From: Candidatus Bathyarchaeia archaeon
GTDB lineage: Archaea; Thermoproteota; Bathyarchaeia; 40CM-2-53-6; RBG-13-38-9
DNA length: 24,329 nucleotides
Reading direction: 5' to 3'
Assembly (NCBI GenBank): GCA_038850385.1
Contig: JAWCLX010000001.1
Coordinates: 31,670 to 55,998, forward strand
Of the stretch, positions 7,576 to 16,485 are shown piece by piece. How positions within the stretch are numbered: position 1 is the first letter of the stretch; each line of letters opens with the position of its first letter. Position numbers and translations under genes: made by a program. The notes under the pieces were generated by a model that did no database searches, was not told the DNA's origin, and worked only from the letters and a program-made list of their open reading frames with translations.

Positions 7576-7697
7576 ACAGCAAAGCTTGAACACAGTTGCT
7601 CAGCGCATACATCTGTCAAAGAGATTGCGGAGAAGCTCTGATGTTGCTTTGCAGAGATGGGTCTGAGAAGTGGCCTCAACAGAATCCGAGCGTCTCG

Positions 7698-7907
7698 CTA
7701 CTGGGTCTTTCTCCTGAATAGAAAGATGTAGGCAAGCTCAAGTATCCCGATAGTGTTCAATACCAGAACCGCTACGAACCAGGCTTTCTGTGATGCACGG
7801 GCTGAATACCATAATGCTATACCCTTCACAACTATCGACCAAGTCACTAAGGGTATCAGGACGTACGGATTCATGATCCATTGAAGGGGCTCCTGCAACG
7901 CCTGCAT
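7698..7907 (-). CDS. Small membrane protein, DUF5652-like
   Basis: W...KGIALW.SAR..QKAWF...LVLNT.GIL...YI pattern; two to three hydrophobic helices. Confidence 0.75.
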   Translation of the reverse strand: MQALQEPLQWIMNPYVLIPLVTWSIVVKGIALWYSARASQKAWFVAVLVLNTIGILELAYIFLFRRKTQ

Positions 7908-8012
7908 AACTCTTCACGAAATTCTCTATCGAAGTCGATAATAAGACTTTGAGCACGAACCAGTCGAATACTCTATCTTGAAGCGCTGCGCATCTTCTGT
8001 CTGAAGCCGAGG

Positions 8013-8282
8013 ATGGAAAGAGCTAAATCAACTCCAGACAAGCATACGAGTATGACTGAGAAAGAGGCGAAGCCGATCCCTCCGGGACTAGGATCAAGAG
8101 TTGCAGCATCCATAATAGTTGTCTTCGCTTGGCTAATCTACGCGATAGTTCACGTCGTCTTCCTCTGGGGGTACTTCAGCACTGTACAGAACATCTCTCT
8201 TCTGGTAATATCGTTCCTTCTCTGTGTGGCCATCCTCGGAGCCATGTGGGCTTCATGGGGCATCAAGCTCAGCAGGGAATAA
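8013..8282 (+). CDS. Hypothetical small membrane protein (two TM helices)
   Basis: Two long hydrophobic segments separated by FSTVQNI. Confidence 0.7.
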   Translation: MERAKSTPDKHTSMTEKEAKPIPPGLGSRVAASIIVVFAWLIYAIVHVVFLWGYFSTVQNISLLVISFLLCVAILGAMWASWGIKLSRE

Positions 8283-8479
8283 CGTGAGATCATAACGAGT
8301 GTCAGCATCGATTGCCGACGGAACAAGCTGCTGTCGATGAGACATATCCGCGAGAAGACTAGAACACCAGGTGCGTATCTGCCAAACCGCGCCAGTGAAA
8401 ACATCCTCGTTTTTGCAAGTACTCCAAAGCACCTATCGCTTGCCGCCAAGGGAATGAACTATTCCGGAGGTGCTTGACG

Positions 8480-8738
8480 ATGGCTACCAACCCAAGAGCG
8501 TTCGAGCGTCTAATATGGTGGGTTGTTGCCGGAACCAGAGGCGGCCCTACCCGAGCGAAAATTATCGAGTGTCTGAAGGAGCGGCCGACATCATATCGAA
8601 TTTCTATTGGAGAATAGGTTTCTGGTGAGGGTGGGAGGCAAATATGGAGCGACTTATTTCCTCTCCCCTGAACTCGAACTGAACTACGATAGATTCAGGA
8701 AGATCTGGGAGAAAACTGGGAAAACAAAGATAGAGTAG
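8480..8738 (+). pseudogene. ArsR-like winged-HTH regulator with internal deletion and frameshift
   Basis: SD GGAGGTG at 8466. Frame 1 (8480-8587) reads MATNPRAFERLIWWVVAGTRGGPTRAKIIECLKERP. After one extra base, frame 2 (8589-8738) reads HHIEFLLENRFLVRVGGKYGATYFLSPELELNYDRFRKIWEKTGKTKIE*. The usual intervening NANQL...LDYKTV segment is missing. Confidence 0.8.
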
Positions 8739-8774
8739 AATGGTCTACATGTAGAATCAGGCTTAATCAATGAG

Positions 8775-9071
8775 GTGAAACCTATGTCTGAAACACTCTT
8801 GAATATTATGGGCGCACTTACAGTGGTAAATACGGTTTTGGTTGCCTTGATCATGTACAATTTCGTACAGAGTTACAAGGCGGTCAAATCAAGATTCACA
8901 CTGGGCCTGCTGCTGTTCTCCTCTATTCTTCTTGTGCAGGTAGTCTTCTCATTACCCGTCATAGTGCTCTCAGGAATCGCCTACCCGCCTGAGGCATTGA
9001 TCTTTGATATCATAGCGGGCAGCTTTGAATTCGTAGCTCTTCTCATCTTCCTGAGGATGACCATAAAGTAA
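8775..9071 (+). CDS. Hypothetical membrane protein (about three TM helices) of the type seen downstream of this archaeal HTH family
   Basis: Hydrophobic helices; SRFTLGLLLFSSILLVQ motif; directly follows the HTH gene. Confidence 0.75.
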   Translation: MKPMSETLLNIMGALTVVNTVLVALIMYNFVQSYKAVKSRFTLGLLLFSSILLVQVVFSLPVIVLSGIAYPPEALIFDIIAGSFEFVALLIFLRMTIK

Positions 9072-9137
9072 AGTTTCTAATGTGAACGCCCGGATTCTTG
9101 ATCTGGGCTTGAAATATTAACTCCGTCTGGTAGCTTT

Positions 9138-9176
9138 TGGGATAGAAATGGATCAAAATCTGGAAATCACTTATAT
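9138..9176 (+). promoter_or_regulatory. Putative operator plus BRE/TATA upstream of the 9213 gene
   Basis: TGGGATAGAAATGG at 9138-9151 and TCTGGAAATCACTTATAT at 9159-9176; both are echoed on the minus strand at 11745-11796. Confidence 0.5.
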
Positions 9177-9212
9177 CGCCTTTACAGCATCACTTCAGAC
9201 GGTGCTACCGAA

Positions 9213-9485
9213 ATGGATGAGAAGGCCGTCGCGGGCATAGCCTTGATAGTAATCGGCCTTTTCGGTCTCGTGTTCTTTTTTCCAATATACTCCCCAATGA
9301 TATATGGCGGTTGGGGTTGCCCAATGATGGGTCGATGGGAGTTTGGCGGCTTAAGGTCAAGAATACTGCCCCAACATCGAGGTCTCTACGGATACCCAGC
9401 TATGATATTCCTGTTCGACGCCCTTTTCTTGGCAATACTTTTCTTCGGAATCTACCTTGTCTGGAAGTCAACAAAAACGACATGA
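9213..9485 (+). CDS. Hypothetical small membrane protein with a GGWGCPMMG motif
   Basis: Two TM helices flanking a Gly/Met-rich loop. Confidence 0.7.
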   Translation: MDEKAVAGIALIVIGLFGLVFFFPIYSPMIYGGWGCPMMGRWEFGGLRSRILPQHRGLYGYPAMIFLFDALFLAILFFGIYLVWKSTKTT

Positions 9486-9801
9486 CACGATCCTCAGCTG
9501 CCTTAGGCTGAAGACCTAGCGCAGGCTCGTAGATTCACTGTTCAGATCTGAGGAGAGTCCTCCTCTTATCGACAGGAACAGTGGGGGTGCATGAGGATGG
9601 TATAGAACTCTCAGAGCCTTGCCGGCATTTTGCATGGGCTAGGTTGTAGTCAGACACAAGCCGATACATGTTATCGTAAGCCTTTAATCTCTGCGTGATC
9701 GGCAAGCCTTCCAAGCAACATCGACCGGGCGGTCCCAACTGAACATATCACCAAACCTAAGGCAGCAAGTCCGTCTGTTTCTGCGCAACTACGTTGGCTA
9801 C

Positions 9802-9990
9802 TTGGAGTCACCGAAGATCCAAGACCTCTACCTCTCCCTTGTTGAGAAATCAAGAGATCTTGCTGATCTTGAGGAGAACGTCAAGAGAGCGGTTGCGGAT
9901 GCAAAATCCAGGGGTGAACACAGACTTGCTGAGACGATGGCAGCGCTCAACGAGAAGGTCAGAGAAACTGTTCAGGCAAGGCTCAAATAG
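9802..9990 (+). CDS. Hypothetical small helical/coiled-coil protein
   Basis: 62-aa charged amphipathic ORF (TTG start); no family recognised. Confidence 0.4.
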   Translation: MESPKIQDLYLSLVEKSRDLADLEENVKRAVADAKSRGEHRLAETMAALNEKVRETVQARLK

Positions 9991-10607
9991 TTAGGTCGAC
10001 AGAACGTAGCAAGCAATATCAGCTACCAATACGATTTGCTCCAATCTGGTTCGCCGCAGCGTCAGTCAAACTTTTCACTATTCATGCATATGTTGGTGAG
10101 CTCTGGGCTACACAGTTCTTGTGAATGCTAAGAACCTTTTCAAACTCTTCTCTCAGCTCCTGCTCTGAACGCACACCTTGAGGGTTAACGGGTTCTTGAC
10201 CAAGCACATGGATACTAGCGTGGCTTCTCCCACCATCCACTATCACTATTCGTTTGAGAACCCTTCTTTTGCGCAGCGTTCCCTCGGATATCAAAGGTTA
10301 TTTCGCTGCAGGAGCCTATTCAAGTTCAATGAAGAGTGGGGATGCTCCAGTATCGCATAGAGTCTGGGTTGGTTCCCCATCTGCCCCGATAACAGAGGAA
10401 ACCAGCAATTCAGTGAGACTTACTTTTTGATAGGATCTCTGGCCGTGAATTGTGCTCTGCCAGCTTGGAAGGGATATTCGCCGGTTACACCTTTCTCCTT
10501 CAGCGTCTGCGTTAGATCTCTCTTTTCACTCGACGAAATTCTGTTTCTGTTCAAGGTTGACGTTGCCTGCTGTCTCTATTCCCCAGTGGTTGATGGTATT
10601 CTGGCTT

Positions 10608-11342
10608 CTAGCCAAGCTCTTTCATCTGTATGAATGCTCCATGCCAGGTATGATACCATACCTGACCGTTGTAGCCGTTGACGCTCAGCATCCCATATAT
10701 CTTACCCTCCCTGAGGATGTGTATTGTGTAGTATCCATAGAAAGTGACTACATCTTCTACGGATGATCCTGGCAGGTAGGAGTCCAAGTAGGCTTGGGCT
10801 ATCTGCTCGGCATCACTTGCTGTAACTGGCATCTCAGCAGTTGGGATATCGCTGTATGGTCTTGGTTTGTAGCCCCACCATCTGCCATCCATCATCCCGC
10901 CCATTCGGCCCCAGCCAGCCATGTGGCTGTACTTCGTGTTCCACATCATGCTCGGTCCCTGTTCCGGATGAACTATGCCCATCATCCACCCCATGCCGCT
11001 GAGGCCTATCTCCTTCTCGATCACGCCCTCGAAGGCTCCTATTCCAGTATTCTTTTCGTACGCTATGAAGTAGTAGTTGTACTGGAACTCCATTATCTCC
11101 TTAATGTCGAGGTCACTATACCCCAGTGAGCCCAAATACCTCCTAGCCAGTTCAGCTGCCTCATCTATACTCGTCGGTGCCAGCTGCTGAGGTCTGTATG
11201 GCCTTGGGGCTGCCGGTGTCTCGGGGTAGGGTGAGGGCGTAGGCCAGGTGTACGTTGGGGTCAAATGGAATGTTGAGACTGCTGCCAAACCCACTATGCC
11301 TATTACGATTAGAACGACTGCAAGAAACCCTGTTCTCTTCAT
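10608..11342 (-). CDS. Secreted/membrane-anchored PepSY-like, Met/Gly-rich protein; true start is ATG at 11342 (MKRTGFLAVV...)
   Basis: Signal-peptide-like N-terminus after SD GGGGGAG. Two 'A.ELA..YL' repeats, GPSMMWNTKYSHM, and a C-terminal FYGYYTIH...GMLSVNGYNGQVWYHTWHG. The 24-codon upstream extension in the ORF track overlaps the preceding gene. Confidence 0.75.
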   Translation of the reverse strand: MKRTGFLAVVLIVIGIVGLAAVSTFHLTPTYTWPTPSPYPETPAAPRPYRPQQLAPTSIDEAAELARRYLGSLGYSDLDIKEIMEFQYNYYFIAYEKNTGIGAFEGVIEKEIGLSGMGWMMGIVHPEQGPSMMWNTKYSHMAGWGRMGGMMDGRWWGYKPRPYSDIPTAEMPVTASDAEQIAQAYLDSYLPGSSVEDVVTFYGYYTIHILREGKIYGMLSVNGYNGQVWYHTWHGAFIQMKELG

Positions 11343-11346
11343 CTTG

Positions 11347-11709
11347 CTACTCCCCCTTTGAGAGCTCCTGCTTGATTCGCTCATACTCCTCCTTTGATAT
11401 CTCACCCTTGGCATATCGTTCCTTCAGGATCTCAAGTGCTCTGCCGCCGGCTGCCGGTTTTGTCGCGCCCACTAAGTAGTATATTCCGAATGCTATCAGA
11501 GCCAGGAAGATGATTACCAGAAGTATTCGCAGAAGTGCACCGAGCCAGCTTAATCCGTATCCGTAGCCATATCCCCGCCAACCCATCATTCCTGGCCCCA
11601 TCATGCCGGGGCCCATAAACCATCCTCCCATGAAAACTAACGGTCCGACCAGCAGAATCAAGACCAGAACTACTGCAAGGATTATCCAGGCGCCGTTTCT
11701 ATCACTCAT
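11347..11709 (-). CDS. SHOCT-domain membrane protein with GPGMM repeats
   Basis: Two TM helices, MGPGMMGPGMMGW, and C-terminal ALEILKERYAKGEISKEEYERIKQEL (SHOCT). Confidence 0.88.
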   Translation of the reverse strand: MSDRNGAWIILAVVLVLILLVGPLVFMGGWFMGPGMMGPGMMGWRGYGYGYGLSWLGALLRILLVIIFLALIAFGIYYLVGATKPAAGGRALEILKERYAKGEISKEEYERIKQELSKGE

Positions 11710-11744
11710 ACTAATTTCACTAACGTAGTTGTTGATTTCGGAAC

Positions 11745-11796
11745 TATTTATGTAGTTTCCAGAATCCTACCCACTTCAATACCAAATTCTATCCCA
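11745..11796 (-). promoter_or_regulatory. Putative operator plus BRE/TATA upstream of the SHOCT/PepSY operon
   Basis: Minus strand reads TGGGATAGAATTTGG (11782-11796) and TCTGGAAACTACATAAATA (11745-11763), matching the elements at 9138-9176. Confidence 0.5.
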
Positions 11797-11988
11797 GTCA
11801 AAGCCGAATAGTAGATTCTGATCTCTGCAGACGAATCACAGAGTTACCGGGAGAATCAAGCATGCCTTGGGGATCGATGGCTGAGACGACGACGGATATG
11901 TGAGATCAGATGAGCCTTTTCCAGTTTACTTCAAATAGTAGCTGAGGTCTTAACCGACCGGTATCGCCTTGCTGGGGACTCAAGACAT

Positions 11989-13353
11989 TTGTCTAAGACA
12001 AACGAAGAGGCCAAGCAGATAAGAAGAGTGGTGAATGAAACAAGGTTGATCGACACGCATGAACACCTCCAGAGAGAAGACAACAGAGTCAAAGGCGAAG
12101 TGGATGTTCTAGCAACCTTCCTCCTTCAGTATGCATCTTCTGATCTGATATCTTCAGGACTCAGCTACCGTGACTACCAGACCATCCTAGACCCCCATCA
12201 ACCGCTAGAGAAGCGCTGGGAGATTTTCTCGCCATACTGGGAGAGAATGAAGAATACCTCCTATGCAAGAGTGCTTGACATAGCAGCCAGGGACTTGTAT
12301 GGATACGAGATCAATGACCAGACATACAAGAAGATCAGTGATAAGATGAAGGAGGTGAACAAGAAAGGTCTTTACAGGTGGGTTCTCAAGGAGAAGGCCG
12401 GGATCGAGATATCCCTTCAGGATACGCTCCTCAAACCCAAGAGCTACGCATTCTGGAAGACACCTTCCACTGAGAGACTGCTTGACGTAGATAGAGAGTT
12501 CTTTGTGCCTGTTCACAGGTTTGAGGACTACCTGCTTCTTCAAGACCGGATTGACATCGAGAGTATTGGTCAGCGGAGGAGTGCAAGAATCCATTCGCTC
12601 TCTGATCTCGTCAAGAATCTTGAGGCAGAGTTTCATGAATTCTCAATGACTATAGCTGCTGTCAAACTCTGGCTTGGGTACAGGCGCCCTCTGAAATTCG
12701 AGAAGGCAACGTTCTCCGAGGCTGAGCAGGTATTCAACAACATATGTTCACAGAAGACTTTCGTTAGAGTGGATGCTGAGGGGGTCAGGATCACAGCGCC
12801 GTCAGGGATAAGTCTCGATGAGGCTAAGCCACTGCATGATTTCATGGTTCATAAGGTTATTCAGCTTGCAGGAGAGTATTCCGTACCAGTCCAGATTCAT
12901 ACAGGATTTCATGAAGGGAACGAGAACCTCATAGCGAATACTAACCCGCTAAACCTGACTAACCTCTTCATGGAATACAGGGAGGTGAAGTTCGACATCT
13001 TCCACGGCGCATATCCTTGGATCGGGGAATGTTCCGCGTTAGCCAAGACCTTTCCAAACGTCTACTTGGACCTAGCCTGGCTTCACGTAGTCTCACCGTA
13101 CATCGCTAGGGAGGCTCTTTCAGAATGGCTTGAGACAGTGCCTGCCAACAAGATTCTTGGCTTCGGCGGAGACTATGTATTTGTGGAGGGTAGCTACGGG
13201 CACTCCGTCATCGCCAGGGACAACATAGCTCGTGTATTGACACAAAAGGTTGAGGACGGTGACCTGAAGCTTGAGGAGGCGAAGGCTCTTGCGAGAAAGA
13301 TCCTCAGAGAGAATGCGAAGGAATTGTTCCTGAAAAGGATCGGCATCCAGTAG
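11989..13353 (+). CDS. Amidohydrolase family (TIM-barrel metallohydrolase) protein
   Basis: IDTHEH, VQIHTG, FDIFHGAYPW, NVYLDLAW, KILGFGGD metal-ligand motifs. Confidence 0.88.
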   Translation: MSKTNEEAKQIRRVVNETRLIDTHEHLQREDNRVKGEVDVLATFLLQYASSDLISSGLSYRDYQTILDPHQPLEKRWEIFSPYWERMKNTSYARVLDIAARDLYGYEINDQTYKKISDKMKEVNKKGLYRWVLKEKAGIEISLQDTLLKPKSYAFWKTPSTERLLDVDREFFVPVHRFEDYLLLQDRIDIESIGQRRSARIHSLSDLVKNLEAEFHEFSMTIAAVKLWLGYRRPLKFEKATFSEAEQVFNNICSQKTFVRVDAEGVRITAPSGISLDEAKPLHDFMVHKVIQLAGEYSVPVQIHTGFHEGNENLIANTNPLNLTNLFMEYREVKFDIFHGAYPWIGECSALAKTFPNVYLDLAWLHVVSPYIAREALSEWLETVPANKILGFGGDYVFVEGSYGHSVIARDNIARVLTQKVEDGDLKLEEAKALARKILRENAKELFLKRIGIQ

Positions 13354-13485
13354 ATTTAGGTCCTGCAGAGACCAGACTGATCCTAGGAAACGTCACGCAG
13401 ATCTATCATTCCTAGTAGTCAAACAGGCATAAGAGCGAAATAGTGAATCTGTATTGATGAGGACTGAGAGCCGAGGGATCAAACG

Positions 13486-14535
13486 ATGAAGATCGGCATG
13501 ATGAGTTCCTGGAATGAGACTTCCGGCGTTGCGATACATGCAGAGCTCGTCGGCAGAGAATGGATCAGGCAGGGCCACGAGCTGAGGGTCTTCACCTTCA
13601 TCGAAGACGATCATCATGGCCGCGCCCTCATAGGCCAAGATGAGAACTACGTAACAAGATGCTTCGGCACAGCTCAGAGGACTAACTATCTGAACCCAAT
13701 ACCCATCCTGGAAGCAGATTACGAGTTCTTTGCTGTTCAAGACTTGAATATGCTCCCAAGAGAGAGACTGTCAAGCATTTTTCACATGATCAAGCGGAAA
13801 AGTAAGACGATCCACATTGTCCATGAGAGCCGGCTGTCAGAGGATCCAACATTCTATGAACATGACTGGGACGCACTAGTCTGTTTTGATGAGAGATACA
13901 AGACTTTTCTCTCAAAGGTGTACCCGCCTGAGAAGATCTCCATAATACCTTTCCCATGTTCATCCTGGACAGAGGGTGACAGGGAGGATTCCAGAAGGAA
14001 GATTGGGTTACCGCTCGATAAGAGGATAGTGCTTGTCTTCGGTCAGAAATGGAGACACTTAGGGGAGGAAGAGATCAGAGTTCTGAGAAGGCTAAACTCC
14101 AGATATTCAATACTCTTACTCATAGTGAGTGAGACCCAGAGAGTCGACGGTAACCTTCTCCGTGGCCTCAACTGCCTATTCAAGAAGGAAGTCTTGGAGC
14201 GGGGGGAACTTCTCAGTTATCTACATGCTTCAGACACATGGTTGTTCCCGAAGAGATCGATCGATAATGCAGCCATCCTCTCCAGCACAATACATTTGTC
14301 AATGGGGTCAGGCTGCATACCTGTTGCCAGAGACTCAAACTTCCTGTATGGAGTGAGAGATACGGTCCTCCACTACAACAGCGAGACTGAGTTCGAGGAG
14401 AAGTTGATTCAGGCATTCGAACAGGGGGAGGAGTGGATGCGTGCAAGATCCGCAGCCAAGAGATTTGTGGAGGAACATAACGCCACGCATATCGCGAAGC
14501 AGTTCATATATCTTTTCGAGTCTATGCGAGACTAG
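13486..14535 (+). CDS. GT-B fold glycosyltransferase (family 4-like)
   Basis: MKIGMMSSWNETSGVAIH N-terminus, IIPFP, VLVFG, and a C-terminal donor-binding region (SSTIHLSMGSGCIPVARD). Confidence 0.8.
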   Translation: MKIGMMSSWNETSGVAIHAELVGREWIRQGHELRVFTFIEDDHHGRALIGQDENYVTRCFGTAQRTNYLNPIPILEADYEFFAVQDLNMLPRERLSSIFHMIKRKSKTIHIVHESRLSEDPTFYEHDWDALVCFDERYKTFLSKVYPPEKISIIPFPCSSWTEGDREDSRRKIGLPLDKRIVLVFGQKWRHLGEEEIRVLRRLNSRYSILLLIVSETQRVDGNLLRGLNCLFKKEVLERGELLSYLHASDTWLFPKRSIDNAAILSSTIHLSMGSGCIPVARDSNFLYGVRDTVLHYNSETEFEEKLIQAFEQGEEWMRARSAAKRFVEEHNATHIAKQFIYLFESMRD

Positions 14536-14541
14536 CTCGCG

Positions 14542-15009
14542 CTAGGCCACGAAGGCTATGAAGAAGTTTAGGAGACCGGCAAAAGAAACCCAGACGAGAT
14601 AAGGAATCAAAAGGCACGCTGCCGCCCTCGACCTACCCCAGGCCAAAGCTATCAGAAATACGATCGTAATCCAGAGGGCCACAAGCTCCACAAAAGCCCC
14701 TCCGGGGCTCCTCATCCCGAAGAATATCAGGCTCCAAAGGAAGTTTAGGACCAGATTTGCTCCATAGATTATGAAGAACTTCTTACTGCGGTCTGTTTGG
14801 GTGTACATCAGCCACCCAGAGACTGCGATGAGAAGATAGAGGATGTTCCACACGATCGGTATTACCCAGTTCGGTGGCGTGAAGGAAGGTTTGCGGAGGT
14901 TCTGGAACCAGGGCCCCGTGTCAGTGAATATGCCGCCTGACAAGCCTATGGCGTATACTAGGATGAGAAAGACGGCCAGCGACAGGTAGCCTTTAGGCAG
15001 TGTCAACAT
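14542..15009 (-). CDS. tspO: TspO/MBR family tryptophan-rich sensory protein
   Basis: WFQNLRKPSFTPPNWVIPIVWNILY, LNFLWSLIFFG, LLIPYLVWVSFAGLLN motifs. Confidence 0.93.
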   Translation of the reverse strand: MLTLPKGYLSLAVFLILVYAIGLSGGIFTDTGPWFQNLRKPSFTPPNWVIPIVWNILYLLIAVSGWLMYTQTDRSKKFFIIYGANLVLNFLWSLIFFGMRSPGGAFVELVALWITIVFLIALAWGRSRAAACLLIPYLVWVSFAGLLNFFIAFVA

Positions 15010-15156
15010 CCAGACCTCTAATCCTAGTATTCACCATGTACGATGGAGATATCTCTTTTCATCCGTCTACTGTAGATAGCTGGATCAGTCTTTTGTCTCT
15101 TCGAAAAGAGATTTATGAGGTGGAGTCCTCTTTGTCCGTGGAACAAGGTGATCTAT

Positions 15157-16350
15157 CTGTCAGCTGTGAAGATAGTTGAAGGCATATACTGGGTTGGAGC
15201 TGTAGACTGGGATGTCAGGAATTTTCACGGCTTCAGCTATTCCACCCATCGCGGAACAACCTACAACGCCTACTTGATAATAGACGATAAGACCGCCCTA
15301 ATAGACAGCGTCTACAGACCCTTCGCAGAAGAGATGATAGAGAAAATCAAGGAAGTGGTTCCACCTGAGAAGATCGACTACATTATCGCAAATCATGTTG
15401 AGACAGACCATTCAGGCGCGATCGCCGAGGTTCTTAGATTGGCGCCTAAAGCCAAGGTCTATGGAACAGCCAGATGCAGACAGGGACTCCTCAAACATTA
15501 CTTCGGAGACTGGGATTTCCAAGTTGTGAAGACCGGTGACCAACTCAGTCTTGGCAGGAGGACTCTGAGCTTCATAGAGGCTCCGATGCTGCACTGGCCT
15601 GACAGCATGTTCACCTACGCAGCCGAGGACGCTCTACTCATGCCGAACGACGCCTTCGGGCAGCACCTAGCAACATCACAAAGGTTCGACGATGAGGTTG
15701 ATGAGGAGATCATAATGCAGGAGGCTGCAAAGTACTACGCTAACATCCTCTGGCCACTCAGCTCTCTGGTAACTAGGAAGATCGAGGAGATCCAGAAACA
15801 GAAAGTCAAGATCAATATGATAGCGCCCAGCCATGGCATCATCTGGCGCAGCAACCCCATGAAGATCGTCGATGCCTATCTCCGCTGGGCGAATGGATTG
15901 GCTCGAAACAAGGTCTTGGTCGTCTATGATACTATGTGGGGGAGCACGGAGAAGATGGCTCGAGCGATAGTCGACGGGTTGACGAGCATGAATGTTGAGG
16001 CCAGACTCTACCGTGTACCATACTCAGATCGCGGAGACATAGTAGCTGATCTTCTTGAGGCCAAAGGCATACTCGTCGGTTCATCGACAATAAACAACAG
16101 CATAATACCGACGCTCGCCCCACTCCTTGAAGATCTCGCAGGCCTGAAGCCGAAGAACAAGATAGCCGCCTCATTCGGTTCTTACGGATGGGCTGGTGGA
16201 GCGGTGAAGAGCATAGAGGAGGCATTCATGAGAGCAGGACTCGAGACGGTCACGCCTGCACTGACGGTTAACTGGGTCCCGACAAAGGAAGAGATCCAGA
16301 AGTGCTTCGACTTTGGAAAGGCGTTCGCTCAAAGAGTGATTGCCCGCTGA
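15157..16350 (+). CDS. fprA: FprA family flavodiiron protein (A-type flavoprotein); open frame extends to ATG 15115 but the likely start is CTG 15157
   Basis: GTTYNAYLI, NHVETDHSG, PMLHWPDSM, DAFGQH, APSHG and a flavodoxin domain (DTMWGSTEKMA, FGSYGWAGGA). SD AGGTGAT lies 4 nt upstream of CTG 15157. Confidence 0.93.
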   Translation: MSAVKIVEGIYWVGAVDWDVRNFHGFSYSTHRGTTYNAYLIIDDKTALIDSVYRPFAEEMIEKIKEVVPPEKIDYIIANHVETDHSGAIAEVLRLAPKAKVYGTARCRQGLLKHYFGDWDFQVVKTGDQLSLGRRTLSFIEAPMLHWPDSMFTYAAEDALLMPNDAFGQHLATSQRFDDEVDEEIIMQEAAKYYANILWPLSSLVTRKIEEIQKQKVKINMIAPSHGIIWRSNPMKIVDAYLRWANGLARNKVLVVYDTMWGSTEKMARAIVDGLTSMNVEARLYRVPYSDRGDIVADLLEAKGILVGSSTINNSIIPTLAPLLEDLAGLKPKNKIAASFGSYGWAGGAVKSIEEAFMRAGLETVTPALTVNWVPTKEEIQKCFDFGKAFAQRVIAR

Positions 16351-16485
16351 GAATTGTTGGATGAACCCTATCCGACGGTTAAGCAGTGGGTTCCCGAGAG
16401 TGCAGAAGGACTGCTCAGCCACGAAAGTTCACTTAAGTACACCTCAGCTAGATCCGGCTGCTGGAAGCCGCCGGGGAAATGCTCT

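Noticed and set aside
8744-8755. Perfect palindrome TCTACATGTAGA upstream of 8775
   Set aside because: It is a single occurrence with no second copy seen in the cluster, so it cannot be distinguished from chance.
10608-11414. 268-aa version of the PepSY-like ORF
   Set aside because: The first 24 codons overlap the SHOCT gene; the SD and signal peptide point to ATG 11342.
16354-16485. 44-aa N-terminal extension on DinB
   Set aside because: It is non-homologous and spans a TATA-like CTTAAGTA near 16433; homology starts at ATG 16486.
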